64,000 nucleotides of DNA, taken from a virus. Of the stretch, positions 38,016 through 45,164 are shown piece by piece. Each line of letters begins with the position of its first letter. Position 1 is the first letter of the stretch. The translations under genes were made by a program, and so were the position numbers. The stretch is taken from the IMG/VR virus record IMGVR_UViG_3300048919_000123, positions 1 through 64,000 of that record, one strand, 5' to 3'. Below the pieces are notes generated by a model. That model was not told the origin of the DNA and made no database searches. It worked only from the letters and a program-made list of their open reading frames with translations.

Positions 38016-38249
38016 TCACTTCTCGAAGGGGTCAGCTGGGCGAGCAACCCCGCGGACGAACCACATGAACCCTTGTTGCAGCTGACTTCTGGCGATAGCC
38101 AGCGCACGTTGGTCTACGTTGGGGATTTCACTGATCTGCTTGAACAGCGCACCGGTGTCGGCTTCCAGAGCCTTGATCGAATTCATGCCGTCGATCTCAC
38201 TCTGGGTCAGATCTCGGTAACCTGTGATCTTTTTATGCTGGTTGTCCAT
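38016..38249 (-). CDS. acb2: anti-CBASS cyclic-nucleotide sponge Acb2
   Basis: MDNQHKKITGYRDLTQSEIDGMNSIK is nearly identical to my recollection of the Pseudomonas phage Acb2 N-terminus (Y11 and K26 kept); C-terminal RxLAIA..LQxGxMxxxRxxAxP. Confidence 0.9.
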   Translation of the reverse strand: MDNQHKKITGYRDLTQSEIDGMNSIKALEADTGALFKQISEIPNVDQRALAIARSQLQQGFMWFVRGVARPADPFEK

Positions 38250-38278
38250 GTTGAGATTCCTCGCTGATTGGCGAGCGG

Positions 38279-38307
38279 AGGATAGTCCGAAAAGAAAAAG
38301 ACCTCAA
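38279..38307 (-). promoter_or_regulatory. sigma70-like promoter of acb2
   Basis: TTGAGG-17 bp-TATCCT, overlapping the upstream terminator. Confidence 0.55.
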
Positions 38308-38329
38308 GGAGGACTAGGCCTTGAGGTCT
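38290..38329 (-). terminator. intrinsic terminator
   Basis: 11-bp stem AGACCTCAAGG/CCTTGAGGTCT followed by a T tract on the - strand. Confidence 0.8.
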
Positions 38330-38386
38330 GGGGTCGAGCTTTTCTGTCTGTGGCATTGCCTGCGTGCGTTGCTCACGTCCCGAAGA

Positions 38387-38881
38387 TTAGAGGTCAGCCT
38401 CGGTGATGTCAACGTAGTAGGCCTTTCCCTGCTCCAGGTGGGCGGCGATGTCGCTGCGCACGTTGTAGCTCAGGGAGCCATACGGGGTGTACTTGCCGAA
38501 CACGCCGTCTTCCTCGGTCGGGTTGGGGCTGTACACGGCGCCGAAGGTGCACCGGGTCAACGGATCGTCCGCGCTGCCCACGTTCGGGGTGAGACTGTGC
38601 AGGGTCATCTTCAGGCGGGTTGTGCGGCGTGGGGTGGCAGGTTCGATGTGAAGGCCCATGCCGCAGAGCGACTCGCCGACCTTGAAGGGCACGCTGTTCT
38701 CGTCGAAGCGTTTGGCGCAGTCACTGACGCTCCCGGTGTCGATGGTCGAGCGCTTCACGGCGTCATGCTCTGCAAGTTGGCGAGCCAGGTTCTCAACGGC
38801 TGGCGGGGTGGTGATTGAGGCGACACTGGCGTCCAGAGCCTTGTGGGCTTCCTCGAGGTAGTTCTGGGTCTTGATGGTCAT
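38387..38881 (-). CDS. hypothetical phage protein (YTPxG...YYVD domain)
   Basis: MTIKTQNY... start with AGGA RBS; compact C-terminal beta domain. Confidence 0.75.
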   Translation of the reverse strand: MTIKTQNYLEEAHKALDASVASITTPPAVENLARQLAEHDAVKRSTIDTGSVSDCAKRFDENSVPFKVGESLCGMGLHIEPATPRRTTRLKMTLHSLTPNVGSADDPLTRCTFGAVYSPNPTEEDGVFGKYTPYGSLSYNVRSDIAAHLEQGKAYYVDITEADL

Positions 38882-39067
38882 GGTGGGTGATCCTGTCGTG
38901 GAGGGTGTGGGTGTGGGTGTGGTGGAACGGCAGGATGGGGCTTGCGGATCTGGCGCCTGCGAGGGTGAAGCATAGGGTGGAAATTGAAAAAAGTAAAAAA
39001 TCCTGACGCTGACCAAGGCAATGAAGCACGCCTCTGCCGTGCTAGAAAATAGGGGGCGGGGTGGGTC

Positions 39068-39127
39068 AAATTATTTTCACTTTTTCTACATTCTTCGCTT
39101 GCGCTTATAGTCTTATACCTCTAGTAT
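39068..39127 (+). promoter_or_regulatory. strong early sigma70 promoter with UP-like A/T tract
   Basis: TTGCGC (39099)-17 bp-TAGTAT (39122), preceded by AAATTATTTTCACTTTTT. Confidence 0.75.
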
Positions 39128-39211
39128 TTGAACTGTAGACAGCAACACCGCCTCACCGCTTCACCCGGCTGGCCCTTGGCCCGCCACTGGCTAGGCCTTT
39201 GCCTTGCCGCC

Positions 39212-39224
39212 CGCTCTTTAACAA
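39212..39224 (+). promoter_or_regulatory. boxA antitermination element 1
   Basis: CGCTCTTTAACAA, matching the rrn/lambdoid boxA consensus. Confidence 0.8.
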
Positions 39225-39583
39225 TTTGGTTCACCGCTATGCGGACTAAGCGACAACACCTGTCAGGCTCACTCGGGCCGGGCACGGGGAAGTCTTGCCA
39301 ACGAGAATGATTATCAGTGTTATCTGCACTTCACCTGATAACCAGTACAAGCAAGACGTTCCATTAACTCTATGCTGCTACCTGCACCACGAACGGGGTA
39401 ACAGTAAAAAGACTAGACGATAGGACTACCCGTTTCCACTGGGGTACGTCATGCCACCCTGACACGTACAGGGATATCTGAGGACATAGAGTTATTTACC
39501 GGTATCAACTAGTCAGGCCGACTCACTCGCCCACTGGGCAGTTAGATGTTAGCCAAACGCCACGCACCGAACCGAACTGTTAT

Positions 39584-39595
39584 CACTCTTTAACA
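39584..39595 (+). promoter_or_regulatory. boxA-like element 2
   Basis: CACTCTTTAACA, one mismatch to consensus. Confidence 0.55.
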
Positions 39596-39861
39596 TTACT
39601 AACCGAACTATGCTAACCGAGACGCACGGGATACTAGCGCATTACCCAAGCATTACCCCAAACATGATTCACCTATGCAGTATCACCGACATACACACAA
39701 CGGTTAGACACACCTGAATAACAAGGGTTGTTATTCCCAAGATAACAACCCTCGCGATGAACTAAGCATTTAGAATTTGAACTCCCCTAACCCCAGTGGT
39801 TTAGATCAAGTAGCTGTATCGGCTACTTGCCATAACTCACTAGCAATAAGGAATTAGAACC

Positions 39862-40647
39862 ATGGCCAAGAAACCACAACTGACCCTCACTGTGCAGGGC
39901 AAACAAGTTAACAACACCATCATTGCTGCCTACGCCAAGCGCGTTGGTTCGCTGGATGAAGTCCTGTCTGTCTGGGCTAACGCTGCAACCCTGCAAGTTG
40001 CCATCCACGGCAACCGTAACTGGATGGATGCCTTGTTTGATGTTCCAGTGATGCGCCTTGCTTCTGGCGCCCTGAGCAAAACCGGCAAGGAAGTGTTTAA
40101 CTACATTTCCGCCCACTGCCCACGGGTAGTATGGAACAAGGAAAACAACACGGTCGGCATGACTAAGTTGCAGAAGGACAGCATTCTGGCAACTCACTTT
40201 ATCGCGGTCGGTGCGACCGAAGAAAGCGAAGTGGTCAGCCTGCACCGTAACAAGTTCTACATGGCTCACGGTGACTTCGCCCTGACGCTGACCGCTTTCA
40301 AGAATCTGGTTAAACCAGAAGTCGAGAAAGAAGAGCAAGAGGAGAAAATGACCGCCGCCGCGTTCATCAAACAGGCGGACAAGGCGCTCAATTGCTTCAA
40401 TGCGCAACGGTTTGTCGGCACCGAAGACGAACTGCTGACCGCCATGACCAAAGCAAAAGCGCTGTTTCTGGCGCTGGACGCCCAACTGGTCGAAGCCGAA
40501 AAAGCGAAACTGGCGAAACTGGCAGAAAGCGGTATTGCCGCGACCGCCGCCGACGTGGTCGACGTCGCCAAGGCCGACGAACTGCACAAGTCGGGTCAAG
40601 CCGGCAAGGCCCTGCGCGCTGGCGGCAAAGTCGCAAAAGCCGCCTAA
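39862..40647 (+). CDS. first early-region protein, function unknown
   Basis: 261 aa, strong TAAGGA RBS, followed by a GC hairpin at 40665-40686. Confidence 0.85.
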   Translation: MAKKPQLTLTVQGKQVNNTIIAAYAKRVGSLDEVLSVWANAATLQVAIHGNRNWMDALFDVPVMRLASGALSKTGKEVFNYISAHCPRVVWNKENNTVGMTKLQKDSILATHFIAVGATEESEVVSLHRNKFYMAHGDFALTLTAFKNLVKPEVEKEEQEEKMTAAAFIKQADKALNCFNAQRFVGTEDELLTAMTKAKALFLALDAQLVEAEKAKLAKLAESGIAATAADVVDVAKADELHKSGQAGKALRAGGKVAKAA

Positions 40648-40710
40648 CCTTACCTTTCGATCCACGGCGGGCCAGAAGGCCCGCCGACGCTCACACACGG
40701 AGTAACGACC

Positions 40711-41124
40711 ATGCTTGCAGCCGCCCTGATTACCCTTGCCTGTTCCCTTGCCCCGGCCCAACCGGGAATCGCCCCACACGACCAGTGCGACCGTCTGGTG
40801 ATGCAGCGGTGGGAAGGCCCGACCACTGAAGAGCTGGACGATTGTGTGAACATGGCCGAGTCCCTGACCCTGATGGGCCAGCGTTCCACCTGCGAATTGC
40901 AGCGCGCCGAGGAGGAACCCGCCGTCGCCCTGTACCCCGCGCCGCCGGTCAAAGGCCCAAGCCGCGCGCTGAATGGCAAAACCCTGGCCAGCCGCAACAG
41001 CGCCCCGGCCGAATTGTCGAACCGCGACCTGTACAACCAGCGCGGCACCGGGGTTGAGCCGCCGAAAGCGCGGTTCATCATGCCCAACCCGATCGTGCCG
41101 ATGCCGGTCAAGTTCATGTACTGA
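40711..41124 (+). CDS. putative exported protein
   Basis: Hydrophobic N-terminus, several Cys, GGAG RBS. Confidence 0.7.
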   Translation: MLAAALITLACSLAPAQPGIAPHDQCDRLVMQRWEGPTTEELDDCVNMAESLTLMGQRSTCELQRAEEEPAVALYPAPPVKGPSRALNGKTLASRNSAPAELSNRDLYNQRGTGVEPPKARFIMPNPIVPMPVKFMY

Positions 41125-41156
41125 TTCACCCGAACTCCGCAGACTGGAGTCCCTTC

Positions 41157-41189
41157 GGCCAGGCGCGCTAACCCGTGCCTGGCCTTTTT
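41157..41189 (+). terminator. intrinsic terminator
   Basis: GGCCAGGCGCG/CGTGCCTGGCC stem plus TTTTT. Confidence 0.8.
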
Positions 41190-41274
41190 ATTCCGCGCGC
41201 GCCCGTGGGCGCGGGCCATGGTGATCGGCTGACAAGGTCAGTTTGACACTGAAAAGCAGTTGAAATTTTCCCAG

Positions 41275-41287
41275 TAAGTCATTGATT
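41275..41287 (-). promoter_or_regulatory. IHF consensus site
   Basis: AATCAATGACTTA fits WATCAANNNNTTR exactly, in a non-coding gap. Confidence 0.55.
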
Positions 41288-41567
41288 AGCTGGGATTTTT
41301 AGGCAAAAACTTCAGAAGACTGGCGGCCGTCATCCAGACCGTCGAGCCGAGGAGATTTTCAGCCATGATCTAACCGACCAGCCCCGGCAGGTGCCGCCTC
41401 ACGCGGCGCCGAGCCATTTTCTTATCGGTAAAGTTACAAGCAACTCTTTGTTTCTAAAGCAATTTCTATTCGAATTTCTCGGTCGCCAGACCATCGAGAA
41501 TGGCGCCGCTGTGGGTGACTTTCGCCCCGGCGGCGCCACCCTACCCCTGAGCATTAAGGAATTAGCC

Positions 41568-42035
41568 ATGTCGATCATGTCCCAACTCGCCGTCGCCATT
41601 CAGGATCGCGGCATCGACCTCAGCGCCGACCTCGACCTGCCCCAGCACCTGACCAACATCTACGCCTGTTCGGTCTACCGCTTCGACGGCTCCAACCCGC
41701 TGCACGTCAACATCGCCGCCGCCCATACCGCGGTGGCCGTGGCCAAGCTGGGCAACTGGTGCGTGACCAATCACGGCTTCCGGCCGTACCGCGCCAGTGC
41801 CAAGACCCCCGTACGCCGGCTGAAGATGGCCGACCTGATCCAGTGCCCCGGTGTGTACGACGCCGCGCTTCAGCTCGCCAAGGAGAATCAGGAGAGCGAC
41901 GTGGTCACCGCCCTGCGCAAGATTCCGGCGTGGATCAGCCAGCAGACCGGCGTGCCGCTGCCGGTGCTCAACGTCGCCGACACTGACCGGCTGTTTCAGT
42001 CGCTGACCAACGAGATCGCCGCGCTGTCGGCGTAA
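41568..42035 (+). CDS. hypothetical protein
   Basis: MSIMSQL... with the same TAAGGAATTAG RBS as gene 39862. Confidence 0.8.
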   Translation: MSIMSQLAVAIQDRGIDLSADLDLPQHLTNIYACSVYRFDGSNPLHVNIAAAHTAVAVAKLGNWCVTNHGFRPYRASAKTPVRRLKMADLIQCPGVYDAALQLAKENQESDVVTALRKIPAWISQQTGVPLPVLNVADTDRLFQSLTNEIAALSA

Positions 42036-42097
42036 CCCCCACTGCCGAGGCCACTTGCAAAGGTGGCCGTGAGCCCAGACACAAAGGTGCCCGTACC

Positions 42098-42493
42098 ATG
42101 GAACGCAACCGCTCTTACGTGACCACCCTCGATCACTGCAAAGACGCCGCCCTCAAGGTCTACCAGATGACCGTGCTGCTGCGCCTGAACGAGCAGCAGT
42201 TCGACGATGCCTTCACCACCGACGTCTACAGCAAGATGGTCGGCGGAATGCCGGGCGAACTCAGCCGCCTTGAGACTTACACCAACGGTCTGCAGGAGGC
42301 CTACCGGGCAGCCATCAAGGAATCGCTGTGCGAATTCGTCTTCATCCTGCGCGACGGGGCAAAAGTCCTTCAAGCCGATGCCCGCAAGTACGATCCGGTC
42401 ACCCTGTTCGAGTCGACCTGCTGCTATTCGTGGAAGGACAGCTACTACAACTTCACCGAGCCCGTCGACACCGTGCAGGAGACCCAACCGTGA
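42098..42493 (+). CDS. hypothetical protein
   Basis: 131-aa ORF with typical codon usage. Confidence 0.75.
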   Translation: MERNRSYVTTLDHCKDAALKVYQMTVLLRLNEQQFDDAFTTDVYSKMVGGMPGELSRLETYTNGLQEAYRAAIKESLCEFVFILRDGAKVLQADARKYDPVTLFESTCCYSWKDSYYNFTEPVDTVQETQP

Positions 42494-42684
42494 ACTTCGC
42501 CGCCTGGCTGGCCACTCTCGGCCTTGAGCGCCACACAGCCGGCCTGATCGCCACCTTGGGCGTGTGCTGCGCTCTCACACTGCTCGGCGTGGCCTGTGTC
42601 GCCTGGTGCGAAGGCTGGCGACCGCCCCGCCAGCGCCCCAGCCCGCCGCGAGGCGCCACCCGTCACAAGCCTGGGCAGCCATGA
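42490..42684 (+). CDS. small membrane protein
   Basis: GTG start overlapping the upstream stop; one TM segment. Confidence 0.55.
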   Translation: MNFAAWLATLGLERHTAGLIATLGVCCALTLLGVACVAWCEGWRPPRQRPSPPRGATRHKPGQP

Positions 42685-42761
42685 AGGTGTGGCTGTTGAT
42701 CTTGTTTACCGAAGGGAAACAGAAAGATAAGGGCATTTACATGCAAGGCCTGTGCCAAAAT

Positions 42762-43320
42762 CCCCTCTATACCTATACCTAATAAGTTATTAGTAGGGGG
42801 TATATAGGGGGGTATGGGGGGGGGGGAGAGAGGGAGGTAGGGTAGATAAATATTAAGGTGAGATTCTCGTTTTTGGATTTAAATGCGGAGGCCTATTTGC
42901 AAATCTAATACTCGCTGTTGATTTCTAAGGGGCGCGAATTTGAAAAACGTGTTTTGCGTTTTTATCTAGGGCGATAACGTCACCCTCGCCTACACCCAAA
43001 CCCTCACCTTCCCTTCAACCCTACCTAAACCGGCACTCTCAGCCTCACCTTCCCCTTCCACCTTTCTTTCAGCGTACCGCCTCAACCCCGCATAATCTGC
43101 CGCCGTCACCTTCACTCACGCCTTATACTTTCAAGGTCGGCCTTACCGTTCGTCGACCCTGACCCTGAGGTCAGCTTTGCAAACCGTAATTTAAATAGTG
43201 AAGTAACCAGTTGGTACATTATCGTTTTATACAGGGCAAAACTTGAACCTTTCTAAGAAACTGTCCTGATTTTTTATCGTTTTATGCTAATCTATAAGCA
43301 TAACCCTCCTTAGAGCCCTA
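42762..43320. other. origin-like non-coding region
   Basis: Inverted repeat, G-runs (G11 at 42816-42826), AT-rich stretch, C/T-rich repeats, 12-bp direct repeats. Confidence 0.45.
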
Positions 43321-43326
43321 TATACC

Positions 43327-44610
43327 ATGAACTTTCAGCTACTTTCCGCCCGAGCTGTAGAGGAGCGTCTCCAGCCTAAGCCCCGTCGCCCCTCAAAGCC
43401 CCGTCTACCAAGGCTTGCGAGCCTCGGCTGCTACCTGCCCGCCGGTGACATCAAGGCCCATTTCCGCGCCCTCGGTGCCCACCTCGACCCCGACAGCCCT
43501 GAAATGGAGGCTGCCGCCGCGGTGTTCGCCAGCTCCCTGCTCGACGCACTCGGCGAGGCCAGCAAACCCGAACGCAGCCTCATTGGCCCGGCCCGCTACA
43601 GCGACCGCATCCTCGCCAAATACTGCCGCTGGTTGCAGAAGTCGGCGTTCGGGCTGCCTGGCGTGGATCTGGTCAGCCCCGCGCTTGTGCCGTACCTGCT
43701 CGGCGGCATCCCGATCAAGGCTGTCGAGGATCTGGCGCACCGGGCGCTGGAGGTCATGGACTTCTTCCCCGACCCCCTCAGCGACTACACGCTGGGCAAG
43801 TTCGCTGCGGTCGGCTTCGGCGCGCGGCCGCACATTCACCACGACGTGGAGGTCATCAAGCGCTTCTCCAACTTCAGTTTCCGTCAGGAGTTCATCCTCG
43901 ACCTGCCGCGCACCGGTTCCTACAGCCGGCTGCTGATCGACAGCGGCGCTTATGGCGCGTCCGCCCGGCGCAAGATCGCCATGATCCAGCCCCAGATCAT
44001 CGCCGAGGTCGAACAGCTGCTCGACCCTGAAAGCGGTGAGATGGGAGAGGTGGCAGCCCACGGCCGGGAGCCGCTGAAGGTCACGGCGTTGATGTTCAAT
44101 CGCGCTGTGCGGCGGGTGTTCGAAAGACCCTGGGCTGAGCTGGACTTGTCCGGTGACCCGGCCGACTTCCATGCCGATGCCGAGGTGCTGCTCGCCCGCC
44201 GACTGATCGTTCATTTGACGTCAAAGGAACGGCAGCGCGAGAAGGACACGGTCAGCGCTCAGACGTTGGTCGGAATGTCGCTACTTACCGGCATTTCGCT
44301 GGCCAACTGGACGGAATTTGCCGTCTATGATCTACGCAGGCGCGGGGAGACTTTCCTCACTGCCGAGGCCATCGAGGCGGCGATCCGCATCGCCGAGGTG
44401 TCGCCGTATTTCCGCTGCGCCGAGGCGATGACCGAAGCGGCGACGGAAATCAAGTTCGCCTCCATGGAGAAGGCGGCGTGGGCACGGAGATTGCGTTCTG
44501 GACGCCAGCCACTGTGGAGCACCAGCGGTCGTTTCTACCAGAACGGCCTTGACGGTGACGGGTTGCCGACGTTCAAGCACAAGCCGTACCGCCTCTCGGA
44601 TGATGGCTAG
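43327..44610 (+). CDS. hypothetical protein (427 aa)
   Basis: Long ORF directly after the origin-like gap; no motif recognised. Confidence 0.8.
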   Translation: MNFQLLSARAVEERLQPKPRRPSKPRLPRLASLGCYLPAGDIKAHFRALGAHLDPDSPEMEAAAAVFASSLLDALGEASKPERSLIGPARYSDRILAKYCRWLQKSAFGLPGVDLVSPALVPYLLGGIPIKAVEDLAHRALEVMDFFPDPLSDYTLGKFAAVGFGARPHIHHDVEVIKRFSNFSFRQEFILDLPRTGSYSRLLIDSGAYGASARRKIAMIQPQIIAEVEQLLDPESGEMGEVAAHGREPLKVTALMFNRAVRRVFERPWAELDLSGDPADFHADAEVLLARRLIVHLTSKERQREKDTVSAQTLVGMSLLTGISLANWTEFAVYDLRRRGETFLTAEAIEAAIRIAEVSPYFRCAEAMTEAATEIKFASMEKAAWARRLRSGRQPLWSTSGRFYQNGLDGDGLPTFKHKPYRLSDDG

Positions 44611-44679
44611 ATTCCTCGCTATTGAGCGAGGTTCCCCGAAGGTGGGGACGGAAACCCCCTCTTAACCCTATCCTGCCGC

Positions 44680-45147
44680 ATGAGGCGGGTTCCCAAGGTC
44701 GTAGTCATGCACACACAGCCAATTATCCAAGCCCACTGGGGGATGGTGGACTGTCTGTTCGATGAGGTGTTCCTCGGAAAGCACGAGGACACCCTGCATT
44801 CGCACGAAATGCTGGAAGAGCTGTTCCGTTACTTCGCCTCGCACGATCCACGCTTTCACCGGGTCGGCCTGCACTGGAACCACCGCGGGTTCATTGAGTA
44901 CGGCGGGTTCAAGGCCGAGGGCGCCATCGCGGCGTTCCTCGGCCTGCCGCTGACCGCGCGCGGGGATGCCAGCTTCCAGGCCCTGTGCAAGATCTACCGG
45001 CCCTTCCGGGACAAGGAGGAGGCGCGGACGTGGATCCGCTGGGAGGCGCAGAAGCAGTACGGGTACACCCGAAAGGATCAGGATCTGTGGAAGGATTATC
45101 CGCGGAATTTCCCTGAGATTCCTAATGCAATCAATGAGTTGAACTGA
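44680..45147 (+). CDS. hypothetical protein
   Basis: 155-aa ORF; start uncertain. Confidence 0.7.
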   Translation: MRRVPKVVVMHTQPIIQAHWGMVDCLFDEVFLGKHEDTLHSHEMLEELFRYFASHDPRFHRVGLHWNHRGFIEYGGFKAEGAIAAFLGLPLTARGDASFQALCKIYRPFRDKEEARTWIRWEAQKQYGYTRKDQDLWKDYPRNFPEIPNAINELN

Positions 45148-45164
45148 AAATAGGACTAAGAATT

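Larger units (their letters stand above)
39134..39845 (+). ncRNA. candidate large structured leader/ncRNA
   Basis: No credible ORF over ~730 nt; several 7-11 bp complementary pairs and a pseudoknot-compatible pairing. Confidence 0.55.

Noticed and set aside
39478-39500. CTGAGGA resembling a hammerhead ribozyme core
   Set aside because: No stem II followed by GAAA in the required position
39128-39860. CRISPR array or tRNA cluster in the non-coding leader
   Set aside because: No regularly spaced identical repeats and no TTCGA T-loop cloverleaf
41243-41270. TTGACA as a -35 element
   Set aside because: No acceptable -10 at 16-18 bp
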